From Gammaproteobacteria bacterium (GTDB taxonomy: Bacteria > Pseudomonadota > Gammaproteobacteria > Ga0077554 > Ga007554): DNA of 64,000 bases. The position numbers and the translations under genes were made by a program. Shown here piece by piece: positions 37,866 through 47,940 of the stretch (its first letter is position 1; each line of letters begins with the position of its first letter). Location of the stretch: assembly GCA_040183005.1 (NCBI GenBank), contig JAMPIW010000007.1:983314-1047313 (forward strand), in the 5' to 3' direction. Below the pieces are notes generated by a model. That model was not told where the DNA came from. It made no database searches and saw only the letters and a list, made by a program, of their open reading frames with translations.

Positions 37866-38671
37866 AACGACCCCACCATGCGTAGCGCCTGTTCTCGCAC
37901 CACTACTCCCGTTGGATTATGTCCCATAAGACTGTCCAACAAAGAAGTATAGGCGCCGACACCTCGCGCATCCGGCGCCATCATGGGTAATGGCAGCCCT
38001 GCGCGGCTTGCCTCACGAAATTGGGTGTCAATGGGAATAATGGCCTCAGATAATTCAACGGAATAACGCTCCTGGAGAAACTGTAGACTCTGTTGAGACG
38101 CGCGGGTCCTACGGTCAAACATTGTAGGTAAAATGGTATGAGGAACAGGAATGTTGCGTGACCGCATAATCATTTTTAATGTACGCATCATACGCTCCAG
38201 ACCCTTCAATGCCAAAAACTCAGTTTGCACAGGGATAACAAGGTGATCGCATGCGGCCAACGCATTCACCATCAGAACACCCAACATAGGCGGACAATCA
38301 ATCAGCACATAATCAAACCGTGAGCTGATACGCTTTAACGTGCGTGACAATATCAACCCCATACCTCCCTGCGCTCCAAGCTGGCGGTCAAGGGTTGCAA
38401 TTGCGGTAGACGACGGCAATAGAAAGAGACGATCAAATTTTGTCCGTTTTATCACGGACGCGATCATTACATCAGGATTCTGGAACAGGGAATAAACACT
38501 GTCTTCAATCGTATCAGGATCATATCCGGAATAGGATGTCAGGGAACCATGCGGATCCATATCAATCATCAATGTTCTATAGCCACGCAACGACAATAAT
38601 CCGGCAAGAGTAATTGTTGTCGTTGTTTTACCAACACCACCCTTCTGATTCGCCACCGCCCATACTTTCAT
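37862..38671 (-). CDS. ParA-family ATPase (chemotaxis cluster)
   Basis: VANQKGGVGKTTT, IDMDPHGSL, DCPP. Confidence 0.92.
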   Translation of the reverse strand: MKVWAVANQKGGVGKTTTTITLAGLLSLRGYRTLMIDMDPHGSLTSYSGYDPDTIEDSVYSLFQNPDVMIASVIKRTKFDRLFLLPSSTAIATLDRQLGAQGGMGLILSRTLKRISSRFDYVLIDCPPMLGVLMVNALAACDHLVIPVQTEFLALKGLERMMRTLKMIMRSRNIPVPHTILPTMFDRRTRASQQSLQFLQERYSVELSEAIIPIDTQFREASRAGLPLPMMAPDARGVGAYTSLLDSLMGHNPTGVVVREQALRMVGSL

Positions 38672-39723
38672 TTCGCGCCTCCTTGACTCAAACGGGCATC
38701 ACTCGGTTGTGCGCCGGTGGTTGTTGATGAACTTTTAACAGGATGATCTATCACAGTGAAAGAGCCCCTGTCTGTTACCTCCTTCCCTGTAACATCAACC
38801 GGCTCATGTGGGTTCTTGTTTGGTGCATCATGCTTCCCTGATGGAATCTGGGGCGCGACTTCACGCGTTGTTAAGGAATCACTGCCATCTCCTGATGATA
38901 ATTTTCTTCTATCGTAAACTCGCCCGGAAGATTCATCATTCAGTATCACAATAACGACCTTCCTGTTTTTGTTTCGACCATCCTCCGTTGAGTTGTCCGC
39001 AACAGGCCTATACTCTCCATAACCAACAGCAGACATTCTCTCAGGACTGACACCTGAATCCATAAATACGTGGACGACACTCGCGGAACGTGCGGCAGAC
39101 AGTTCCCAGTTTGACGGGAAGGCTAATGTGTTGATAGGGAGATTATCGGTAAACCCCTCAACCCTGATCGGGTTCGGGAAATCTCGCAATATCTTTGCAA
39201 TTTCACTTAATGTAGGTATGGCTTGTTCTTGTAAACGGGAAACGCCACTTGGAAACAAAATGTTGGTGTTGATCTCAACTTCAAGCCAAAAATCACTTCG
39301 CCGGATAGAGACCATATTCTTGACAATAAGGCCTGCCATCGCCCGCTCAATCTTATCGGCAATGGCTTTTAATGCGGCCGGGGAACTGGCACGCTCACTG
39401 TTAATTTTATCCTGTTGGTCCATCGTCTTGCGCGGGATAGGCATCGGGGGTCTACGGATAACATTTGGGTCCGTTCTTTGCTCCAGTGTCGTATCACGCG
39501 GGGATTTAGCCTCCCTCCCCACTTGAACAGGTTCAATACTTTTCGGGGCAGCCCTGAATGCCGCAACCATTGAATCAGACAATACGCGGTACTTTCCCTC
39601 ATTCACAGAGGATATTGAGTACATGACGACAAAGAATGCAAAAAGCAGCGTGATGAAATCAGCATAAGAAACCAACCATCTCTCGTGATTTTCGTGTTCC
39701 TCATGTTTTTTCTTCCTTGCCAT
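38668..39723 (-). CDS. motD: Flagellar stator protein MotD (MotB family)
   Basis: ERWLVSYADFITLLFAFFVVMY; OmpA-like domain EGFTDN...NWELSAARS...NRKV. Confidence 0.9.
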   Translation of the reverse strand: MARKKKHEEHENHERWLVSYADFITLLFAFFVVMYSISSVNEGKYRVLSDSMVAAFRAAPKSIEPVQVGREAKSPRDTTLEQRTDPNVIRRPPMPIPRKTMDQQDKINSERASSPAALKAIADKIERAMAGLIVKNMVSIRRSDFWLEVEINTNILFPSGVSRLQEQAIPTLSEIAKILRDFPNPIRVEGFTDNLPINTLAFPSNWELSAARSASVVHVFMDSGVSPERMSAVGYGEYRPVADNSTEDGRNKNRKVVIVILNDESSGRVYDRRKLSSGDGSDSLTTREVAPQIPSGKHDAPNKNPHEPVDVTGKEVTDRGSFTVIDHPVKSSSTTTGAQPSDARLSQGGAK

Positions 39724-39739
39724 ATAAATAAATTACATT

Positions 39740-40480
39740 CTAGTGTAGATAACCATGGAGTTTTGTCTCGATATTTCTCGGGTTCTCACCTTCCGCAATA
39801 GATATAATTCCTTCTATGATCATTTCCCTGAATTGTGTCTGGTCGTGAATAATTGCCTTCAACTTGCTTGCCATGGGCAGCATAAAAAGATTTGCCAATC
39901 CTACGCCATAGATTGTTGCAACAAACGCCGTGGCAATACCCCCGCCCAGCTTGCTTGGATCGGAAAGATTATTCATTACGTGAATCAGACCCATAACAGC
40001 TCCAATGATGCCAACCGTGGGACAATATCCACCCATGCCTTCATATACTTTTGCGGCCTGAGTATCGTTATGCTCCTTTGAGGAAAGCTCTACTTCCAGT
40101 ATTCCTCTTATCGCATCCGGTTCGCTTCCATCAACAAGCAATTGCATCCCTTTCTTTGCAAACGCATCGGTTTCCGCCTCAATTAAAGGTTCAAGACCCA
40201 ATAAACCCTCTTTTCGGGCAACATTGCTCCACCCAACGATTTTTTCAATAATCTCTTTTTGAGCAATTTTTGGAGGAAAGAAAACCCATAACGCGATCTT
40301 GAGAGACCTCATGAATGTAGGCATCGGTGTTTGAATCATGACGGCCCCTACCGTGCCGCCAAAGACTATTATGAATGCAGTCATCTGGAGCAATGACCCA
40401 ATGTGCCCGCCTTCCAGGGCATTTCCGCCCAGAATGGATCCAAAGGCCAACACAATGCCCACAACCGTCAGAATGTCCAC
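39740..40480 (-). CDS. motC: Flagellar stator protein MotC (MotA family)
   Basis: ARKEGLLGLE, GYCPTVGIIGAVMGLI, FVATIYGVG. Confidence 0.92.
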   Translation of the reverse strand: MDILTVVGIVLAFGSILGGNALEGGHIGSLLQMTAFIIVFGGTVGAVMIQTPMPTFMRSLKIALWVFFPPKIAQKEIIEKIVGWSNVARKEGLLGLEPLIEAETDAFAKKGMQLLVDGSEPDAIRGILEVELSSKEHNDTQAAKVYEGMGGYCPTVGIIGAVMGLIHVMNNLSDPSKLGGGIATAFVATIYGVGLANLFMLPMASKLKAIIHDQTQFREMIIEGIISIAEGENPRNIETKLHGYLH

Positions 40481-40483
40481 ACG

Positions 40484-41581
40484 CTAATTCCTATGGGCAA
40501 GATTGTTGCCGATGTCCTGGAGTGACATAACCTGATCAGCCAGACCCGCTTCCACAATGGCCATGGGCATACCATAGACCACACAACTCTGCTCGTCCTG
40601 AACCCATACGACCGATCCTCCCTGCTTCAGAAGACGCGCACCCTCACGACCATCCGCACCCATGCCGGTCATAACCACAGACAATACCTGTCCAGGAAAT
40701 ATCTTGGCGGCGGATGAAAACGTGATGTCGACGCTCGGCTTGTAAATTTGACCTTGCTCACCATCATGAATACGAACGTACACCTTCCCGGAGCGCTGCT
40801 CAAGAAGCATCTGTCTCCCTCCGGGAGCCAATAATGCAACCCCCGCTTCCAGAAAATCACCGTCCTCGGCCTCTTTCACCTTTATGGCACACAATTTATC
40901 CAAACGTTGAGCAAATGCAGGCGTGAAGCTGGCGGGCATATGCTGGACAAGCAATAATGGAAACGGAAAATTGGCAGGTAATTTTGACAATACTTGCTGA
41001 AGGGCGACTGGCCCTCCCGTCGAAGTTCCTATAGCAACCAATTTGCAGTTTCCAGGGTATTTTTTTACAGAAGCACCTATGGCCTCTCTGGATGAAAAAT
41101 TTTCTTCTTTAACTCGAGCAGTTTTTGGCGCCTCGGATAAAACAGGTGCTTTCTTTAATGCTCCTTGGCGCAGAGCCATTCCTTTCGTTCCAACTGTACG
41201 CACACGGGAACACAACAAACGCTTTGCTTCTTCACGATCTTGAGAGAGATCTTCAAATCGCTTGGGGAGGAAATCCACGGCACCCGCATCCAGAGCATCC
41301 AGAGTAGCTTGTGCCCCATCGGTAGTAAGTGATGAAAACATCAGCACTGGAGTAGGATTAGAAGCCATGATGCGACGCACAGCAGTAATACCATCCATCA
41401 CCGGCATCTCTATATCCATGGTAATAACATCGGGCTTGAGCTGGACGGTCTTTTCAATCGCCTCCACCCCGTTTGATGCTGTTCCAACAACTTCAAGATG
41501 AGCGTCACCACCTAAAATCTCTGTCACCCGCCTGCGGAAAAAACCGGAGTCATCGACAACCAACACACGAACCTTCATCAT
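40484..41581 (-). CDS. cheB: Chemotaxis methylesterase CheB
   Basis: REC domain plus GTSTGGP, QHMP and TGMGADG motifs. Confidence 0.96.
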   Translation of the reverse strand: MMKVRVLVVDDSGFFRRRVTEILGGDAHLEVVGTASNGVEAIEKTVQLKPDVITMDIEMPVMDGITAVRRIMASNPTPVLMFSSLTTDGAQATLDALDAGAVDFLPKRFEDLSQDREEAKRLLCSRVRTVGTKGMALRQGALKKAPVLSEAPKTARVKEENFSSREAIGASVKKYPGNCKLVAIGTSTGGPVALQQVLSKLPANFPFPLLLVQHMPASFTPAFAQRLDKLCAIKVKEAEDGDFLEAGVALLAPGGRQMLLEQRSGKVYVRIHDGEQGQIYKPSVDITFSSAAKIFPGQVLSVVMTGMGADGREGARLLKQGGSVVWVQDEQSCVVYGMPMAIVEAGLADQVMSLQDIGNNLAHRN

Positions 41582-41603
41582 GAACTCCTATCAACGAGGT
41601 GTC

Positions 41604-43613
41604 TTACCTATGACCGTAGGCATCCATAAGTCCGGGGAAGTCGAGAATAAGCGCAATGCGGCCGTTTCCGGTAATTGTTGCCCCTGATAATCCCCGCGTA
41701 CCATGCAGCAATGACCCTAAGGGCTTTATTACCACTTCTTCTTGCCCAATGAGATTCTCAACAACACACCCAATGCGCTGCGACCCAACGCTGACTACAA
41801 CAACATATCCTGCTGAACGATGATTATAAGAATCAGCGTCTTTCACTAGCCAGTCGTGCAGATAAAATAACGGGATTGCCTTGTTTCGCACGATCACAAC
41901 CAATCGACCATCAACTATATTGGTACGCGCCTCATCAAGGTTGAATATCTCACTGACATTAACCAGAGGCATTGCAAATATTTGCTGGCCAAGCATTACC
42001 ATCAATGTCGGCATAATCGCCAGCGTCAATGGCACCTTGATAATGAAACGGCTCCCTTTCCCTAACTTTGATTCAATTTCAACAACACCGTTAAGTTGCG
42101 CAATGCGGGTTTTCACCACATCCATTCCCACACCACGCCCGGAAACATCCGAAATCTGCGTCTTGGTGGAAAATCCTGGTAGAAAAATCAGGTTGTAACA
42201 ACCGGTATCATCAAGGCGAGCCGCAGCCTCGGTATCCAGCAATCCTTTTTCTACCGCCTTGCGACGCAACACTTCGGCATCCATGCCGGCTCCGTCCTCT
42301 TCTATTGACAGCAGGATATGATCCCCTTCCTGTTGGGCAGAAAGAGTCACGGTGCCGGCACGCGGCTTTCCAGCCGCTAACCGTACATCAGGGGTTTCAA
42401 TGCCGTGATCAACGGCATTTCGCACAAGATGGACCAGCGGATCGGCGAGTGCCTCTACCAGATTCTTGTCTAGATCAGTCTCCTCACCATGCAGCTCTAA
42501 TATCACTTCTTTATTCAGGCTGCGTGCCAAATCACGGACAACCCTCGGAAAACGGCCAAATACCTTCTTTATCGGCTGCATGCGTGTCTTCATGACAGCA
42601 TTCTGCAAATCCGATGTCACCAGATCGAGGTTCCCTACGACTTGGGCCATTTCCTCATTAATCATGGATGACTTGAGGGTGGCAAGCCGATTGCGCACCA
42701 GCACCAGCTCTCCCACCAGGTTCATGATGTCATCCAGGCGTTTCGTATCAACACGCACTGTCGTATCCGCAGGCGGCTGCGCTGCATCCTTGCCGGTAGC
42801 GGATGGCTGACTTGCCGCTGGTTTGTCTTCCGTCTTGGTTTTTTGAGCCTCTATAGGAGGAGGTTCAGAAATCAGGGAGGCTACTGGTTTATCCTGTGCC
42901 TTTCCCGAGGTGGCATTGATATTATCTAGTAACGCTTCGAATTCTTCGTCCGTAATCATGTCGGATGAAGGCAATGAAGCTGGAGTCTCCGTGACATTCT
43001 TTGATGGTGAGCCGGCATGAGCAGCCTGCCCATGCAATTGATCGAGAAGAGCCTCGAATTCGTCATCAGTAATATCATCACTGCCGGCGGCTACTGGCGT
43101 TTTCCCCGGCGCATGTACGGGTAAGGCGGCTTCAACGGCATCATCCATCATGACTTCAACGATTGGCTCCGCAACAGGCTCAGGAAATGCGCCTGGCATG
43201 ACGCTTACAGCTTCGTTCTCGCTCTGAGGCTGTGCCAGAACATCCAAATTCTTGAGCAATGAGGGATCGGCTGGCGAGGGATCCTCACCAGATCGCACTT
43301 GCTCCATCATGACCTTAACAAGGTCAAGGACAGTTAAAATAACATCCATGAGCTGGGCATCAACCAGCCGCTTTCCCTGCCGGAGAGTATTAAAAACATC
43401 CTCAGCACGATGACACACGGCAACTAATGCAGTCAGATTTAGAAATCCGGCACCGCCTTTGACCGTATGAAACCCTCTAAACACCGCGTTAAGAAGATCA
43501 CTGTCACGTGGGCGCCTCTCAAGATCAACTAGTTGCTCGCCCAGTTTCTCAATAATTTCGCCGGCCTCTACCAGAAAATCCTGAAGAATGTCATCGTCTG
43601 TGTCAATCGCCAT
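41604..43613 (-). CDS. cheA: Chemotaxis histidine kinase CheA
   Basis: Hpt FRGFHTVKGGA, HLVRNAVDHGIE, SGRGVGMDVV, C-terminal CheW domain. Confidence 0.97.
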   Translation of the reverse strand: MAIDTDDDILQDFLVEAGEIIEKLGEQLVDLERRPRDSDLLNAVFRGFHTVKGGAGFLNLTALVAVCHRAEDVFNTLRQGKRLVDAQLMDVILTVLDLVKVMMEQVRSGEDPSPADPSLLKNLDVLAQPQSENEAVSVMPGAFPEPVAEPIVEVMMDDAVEAALPVHAPGKTPVAAGSDDITDDEFEALLDQLHGQAAHAGSPSKNVTETPASLPSSDMITDEEFEALLDNINATSGKAQDKPVASLISEPPPIEAQKTKTEDKPAASQPSATGKDAAQPPADTTVRVDTKRLDDIMNLVGELVLVRNRLATLKSSMINEEMAQVVGNLDLVTSDLQNAVMKTRMQPIKKVFGRFPRVVRDLARSLNKEVILELHGEETDLDKNLVEALADPLVHLVRNAVDHGIETPDVRLAAGKPRAGTVTLSAQQEGDHILLSIEEDGAGMDAEVLRRKAVEKGLLDTEAAARLDDTGCYNLIFLPGFSTKTQISDVSGRGVGMDVVKTRIAQLNGVVEIESKLGKGSRFIIKVPLTLAIMPTLMVMLGQQIFAMPLVNVSEIFNLDEARTNIVDGRLVVIVRNKAIPLFYLHDWLVKDADSYNHRSAGYVVVVSVGSQRIGCVVENLIGQEEVVIKPLGSLLHGTRGLSGATITGNGRIALILDFPGLMDAYGHR

Positions 43614-43624
43614 CTTTGAAAACC

Positions 43625-44371
43625 TCAGAATCCAAGACTGGAGAGCAAGTCATCAACGTCATCCTGGCCGGACACTCTGTCCTTGTGACTTTCACAGCCA
43701 GGAATGCGTGGTCCATCACCTTCAACAGTGTTTTTATTTACACCCGTTTTTTCCACCGTAATCATTCTTTGACCTGAGATGCGAATAAGCTCAACCAGAC
43801 CGCTCTCAACCTCCTGTACCATATTAATAACCCGGCGAATGATTTGACCTGTCAGATCCTGAAAATCCTGGGCCATCATCACATCTGACAAATGCTCATG
43901 GAGATGCTCGGCGTTGCGCGCCGTCCAAACCATAAATTCTCCGATTTCTCCACTCAATTCTCTAAACTCATTGACCGGCATTTGGCGCTGCCTGAAACGG
44001 TCCCACTTCATCTCTAAGGTTGATGACTTCTCCTTCAATTGCTCAGAGATTGGAAGGGCTTTTTCAACTGCATTAAGCGTTCTATTCGCGGATTGCTCAG
44101 TCATCGTTATGACATAGTTAAGTCTTTCCTTGGCGTCAGGAATATCACTCTCAGCCAACGACAAAATGCGAGAATCAACCTGGAAGCTGTTTAATGTCTC
44201 ATGAAGCTGCCTTGTCAGCTTGCCGACCTCCTGAAAGAGAGATGACTCACGTAATTTTGTGATTTCATCAATAAGACGATCAACTTCTTCTTCATTGCCA
44301 TCCTCGATTGATTCGGCAAGAGCTCTAGCCATAGATAGGCATTTGTCCGTATTATTGATCATTTCGCTCAT
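43625..44371 (-). CDS. cheZ: Chemotaxis phosphatase CheZ
   Basis: MMAQDFQDLTGQIIRRV; C-terminal QDDVDDLLSSLGF. Confidence 0.96.
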   Translation of the reverse strand: MSEMINNTDKCLSMARALAESIEDGNEEEVDRLIDEITKLRESSLFQEVGKLTRQLHETLNSFQVDSRILSLAESDIPDAKERLNYVITMTEQSANRTLNAVEKALPISEQLKEKSSTLEMKWDRFRQRQMPVNEFRELSGEIGEFMVWTARNAEHLHEHLSDVMMAQDFQDLTGQIIRRVINMVQEVESGLVELIRISGQRMITVEKTGVNKNTVEGDGPRIPGCESHKDRVSGQDDVDDLLSSLGF

Positions 44372-44413
44372 TACTAATCCTTGCTGGTGTTATTATGAAA
44401 TCAACAGATCGAT

Positions 44414-44818
44414 TCATTTTGCCGATTCTATTCTCTCAAATATCTTGTCTATCTTTTCTTTCAGGGTTGCTGCCGTGAATGGCTTTACAACATAACCATT
44501 AACTCCAGCCTGTGCTGCCTCGATTATTTGTTCGCGCTTTGCTTCGGCAGTAACCATCAGCACTGGAAGCGTTGTCAGCTTTGGATCGGCGCGCACCGCC
44601 TTAAGAAGGTCGATCCCCTGCATTCCAGGCATGTTCCAGTCTGTAATAAGGAAATCAAACCCGCCCGCCTGCAACATAGGAAGAGCCGTTTTACCATCAT
44701 CGGCTTCACTGGTATTATTAAAGCCAAGATCACGCATCAAATTTTTAATGATGCGCCTCATTGTGGAGAAATCATCCACAATGAGAATTTTCATATTCTT
44801 GTCCAAAGCAACCTCCAA
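44414..44818 (-). CDS. cheY: Chemotaxis response regulator CheY
   Basis: [34 protein letters not shown]. Confidence 0.97.
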   Translation of the reverse strand: MEVALDKNMKILIVDDFSTMRRIIKNLMRDLGFNNTSEADDGKTALPMLQAGGFDFLITDWNMPGMQGIDLLKAVRADPKLTTLPVLMVTAEAKREQIIEAAQAGVNGYVVKPFTAATLKEKIDKIFERIESAK

Positions 44819-44865
44819 TCCTAGCTCAAAGAGAGATTAATGATTTCGCCAACCATAGATCTTCC

Positions 44866-45597
44866 TTAGTTTTCCGCTCTCCATTGGCTGAGACGGGCCT
44901 GTAAACGTATCAGAGCCTGGCTATGAATCTGACTCACTCTCGACTCGCTTACACCAAGAACAGCCCCAATCTCACGCAAATTGAGTTCTTCGTCATAATA
45001 AAGTGCCATAACAAGACGCTCCCTTTCCGGCAATCCAGAAACCGCCTCTGATAGGCTCTTTTTGAAATCATCTCTTTGCAAACCTTCGAGTATTCCCGAG
45101 TTTTTATCAGCAAACTGTGAAGCTACGGCCTCATCATCCACCCCCATATCCTCGAAACTCATTACCAAATAGCCGCTCGCATCCTGAAGCATCTGGTGAT
45201 ATTCATCGAGGGACATTTCCAGAATCTCCGCCACCTCGCTGTCGCGAGCATCACGTCCCTTGATGTTTTCTATCATGCGCACGGCTTCCGCCACTTTTCT
45301 TGCCTTGCGATGCACGGAGCGTGGTGCCCAGTCATTTTTTCGGATCTCATCTAGCATTGCACCACGAATGCGAATACCAGCATATGTTTCAAAGCTTGCT
45401 CCCTGTGTCGCATCATAGTTACGTGATGCCTCCAAAAGACCGATCATGCCGGCCTGTATCAGATCATCGGCCTGGACACTGGGTGGTAGTCGGCTCATCA
45501 GGTGATAAGCGATCCTCTTCACCAGAGGAGCGTGTTGCGCAACGGTATCATCTCTGTCATCGGCGTTAGTACGGGCATACATAGCGAGTCCATTCAT
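44866..45597 (-). CDS. fliA: Flagellar sigma factor FliA (sigma28)
   Basis: APLVKRIAYHL...RIRGAMLDEIRKNDWAPRSV...VSESRVSQIH. Confidence 0.97.
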   Translation of the reverse strand: MNGLAMYARTNADDRDDTVAQHAPLVKRIAYHLMSRLPPSVQADDLIQAGMIGLLEASRNYDATQGASFETYAGIRIRGAMLDEIRKNDWAPRSVHRKARKVAEAVRMIENIKGRDARDSEVAEILEMSLDEYHQMLQDASGYLVMSFEDMGVDDEAVASQFADKNSGILEGLQRDDFKKSLSEAVSGLPERERLVMALYYDEELNLREIGAVLGVSESRVSQIHSQALIRLQARLSQWRAEN

Positions 45598-46487
45598 AGC
45601 GACATCATCCTATAGTTTTGGTTGGTCTGAATCAGCCGCTCGACGAAAAATTCGAGATGCCCTCCAGCTGCTACCGTCACAGGCCAATTATCGGCCTTCT
45701 GCGCCAGTTTCTTGAATGCCATTGCAGACTTACTGCGCGGATATGCATCGACTACCGGACGCTGCTTTTGGACTGCTTTGCGCAAATAGTCGTCGTAGGG
45801 AACTACGCCCATGAAATCCACTGTAGCATCGAGATAACGATCCACAACCTTGACTATTTTGTTATACACATCACGCCCCTCCTGAAGACTATGCACCATG
45901 TTGGCCAGGATACGAAAACGATGCATCCCATAATCGCGATTAAGAAGTTTTATCAAGGCATAAGCGTCGGTCAGGGACGCCGGTTCGTCACACACTACCA
46001 CGATGACTTCCTGCGCAGCCCGGCTGAAGCTGACCACACTTTCTGAAATACCGGCAGCGGTGTCGATCAGCAATACATCCAGGGTTTGGCTCAACTCGCT
46101 GAAAGCGCGTATGACACCGGCATGTTGTGTGGCACTGAGTTCCGCCATGCTTTTCAGGCCGGAAGACGCGGGAACAATTGATAGTCCGTTAGATGCTGGA
46201 AGAATGACTTCTTCCAGGGTACGTTCGCCACTAATGACATGGGAAAGATTGTAAATGGGGTGCAATCCCAGCAATACATCAACGTTTGCCAGCCCCATAT
46301 CCGCATCCATCAGCAGCACTGACTTTCCTTCATTGGCCATCGCAAGGCCGAGATTCACGGACACATTGGTTTTTCCGACGCCGCCTTTTCCACTGGTAAC
46401 TGCGATAACACGCACGGGCCTGTGATGTGCCATACGGCGCAACCCCTCGGCCTGATCCCCGATCAAATCACGATGCACGTCAGACAT
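45594..46487 (-). CDS. flhG: Flagellar number regulator FlhG/FleN (MinD-like ATPase)
   Basis: DQAEGLRRM, VTSGKGGVGKT, DADMGLANVD; start placed at 46487. Confidence 0.93.
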   Translation of the reverse strand: MSDVHRDLIGDQAEGLRRMAHHRPVRVIAVTSGKGGVGKTNVSVNLGLAMANEGKSVLLMDADMGLANVDVLLGLHPIYNLSHVISGERTLEEVILPASNGLSIVPASSGLKSMAELSATQHAGVIRAFSELSQTLDVLLIDTAAGISESVVSFSRAAQEVIVVVCDEPASLTDAYALIKLLNRDYGMHRFRILANMVHSLQEGRDVYNKIVKVVDRYLDATVDFMGVVPYDDYLRKAVQKQRPVVDAYPRSKSAMAFKKLAQKADNWPVTVAAGGHLEFFVERLIQTNQNYRMMSL

Positions 46488-47847
46488 GAGCATGTGCTGC
46501 CACCTTTTCGACCGGCACTGATAACGCCTCATCCTCAAGAGAAGAAGCAGCCTGTTGCATGATGGCCACACTGCGGCTCACCAAGGTATGCGCACGAGCA
46601 TTATGCAAATCTTCCGGAACACGCTGACCATCGCTGATGTAGGAAACGGGAAGGTCGTGCTGAATGGTGACACTCAATGCGCTGCCAAGGCTGGTGGCTT
46701 CATCCAGCTTTGTGAAAATGCAGCCATCCAGAGCCATCCCTTGAAATGCGCGAATGGTTTCATCCAATCCCGACAATCGTGTCGTGGTAGACAGCACCAG
46801 ATATTTTTTAATGAGTGGCATACGGCCACCACTGCCATTGAGAACAGCAAATTGCGCGGATAGCCGCACATCACGCTGGCCCATCCCGGCGGTATCGATC
46901 AGTATGAGGCGCCTGTCACTCAGCTCCGCTAATATCTGTTGCAACTCGGCTCTATCGCCGGCCACACGCACAGGAATATTCAATATCCTTCCGTAAGACT
47001 TAAGATGCTCATGTGCGCCGATACGGTAGTTATCGGTTGTCACCAGTGCAACATGGCGCGATCCATGCCGCAAGGCATAATGCGCCGCCAGCTTGGCCAC
47101 TGTTGTGGTCTTACCGACTCCGGTGGGACCGACCAATGCAACGATGCCACCCTGGGTAAGAATGTCATCATCTGTTACCTTCACTTGGTGAGCCAGAACT
47201 CCCAGCGCCCGTCGCCATAACAACTCAATCTGCGGTGCCTGTGCGATTTCCAGGGGGATTTCATCGACCACCTGGCGACACAGTGTCGCGCTTAGACCCA
47301 GCCTCATCAGACGTTGAAATAATGCAGCCTGCTGAGGATGACGTCGCTCAAGATCGCCCCACGCCAGACCGGATAATTGGTTTTCCAGCAAGCCTCGCAA
47401 GTTCCTGAGCTCAGCCCACATGTCATCCAGTGCTGGCCTTGGGGCAATGGATGAATAAACATCACTTTTGTGATCTTTTTCGTAAGATTCCTTAACAGCC
47501 TGTTCTTGCATAAAATCCAGGCTTATCTCTTCATTTTCATCATCTTTCTCCGAGGACAAAGCGGCAGCGGCTTCATAAAATGTTTTTTGTGATTGTGCTG
47601 ACCGTGAAGTGCCACGATGCGGCCCTACAACAGGATGAGACCGCTCAACATTCTTCGACACATTTGACCCTGTGGAAAACAGATCGGCATTGCTCACCAT
47701 GGCTTCGTCGTAGTCGATGGCAGAGACTATTTCCACCCCACCTTCGACCCGCCGATTGGAAAGTATCACTGCATCCGGCCCAAGCTCATCGCGTACTTTG
47801 CGTATCGCCTGGCGTATGTCAGGAGCGAAAAAGCGTTTCATTTTCAT
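46480..47847 (-). CDS. flhF: Flagellar SRP-like GTPase FlhF
   Basis: MKMKRFFAPDIRQAI, GPTGVGKTTT, DTAG, TKLDE. Confidence 0.96.
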   Translation of the reverse strand: MKMKRFFAPDIRQAIRKVRDELGPDAVILSNRRVEGGVEIVSAIDYDEAMVSNADLFSTGSNVSKNVERSHPVVGPHRGTSRSAQSQKTFYEAAAALSSEKDDENEEISLDFMQEQAVKESYEKDHKSDVYSSIAPRPALDDMWAELRNLRGLLENQLSGLAWGDLERRHPQQAALFQRLMRLGLSATLCRQVVDEIPLEIAQAPQIELLWRRALGVLAHQVKVTDDDILTQGGIVALVGPTGVGKTTTVAKLAAHYALRHGSRHVALVTTDNYRIGAHEHLKSYGRILNIPVRVAGDRAELQQILAELSDRRLILIDTAGMGQRDVRLSAQFAVLNGSGGRMPLIKKYLVLSTTTRLSGLDETIRAFQGMALDGCIFTKLDEATSLGSALSVTIQHDLPVSYISDGQRVPEDLHNARAHTLVSRSVAIMQQAASSLEDEALSVPVEKVAAHAHV

Positions 47848-47872
47848 TCCACATGCCTTTTATTATAAGATC

Positions 47873-47939
47873 GGTGGGTGCAAATTCTTTCGCACTAACC
47901 AGCCGTATAGTTGTAGGGCGAAAATCAATTCGGCCCTGC
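47873..47939 (+). repeat. Two degenerate GTAG-type REP-like palindromes
   Basis: GGTGGGTGCAAATTCTTTCGCAC and GTAGGGCGAAAATCAATTCGGCCCTGC in the flhA-flhF intergenic region. Confidence 0.4.
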
Positions 47940-47940
47940 A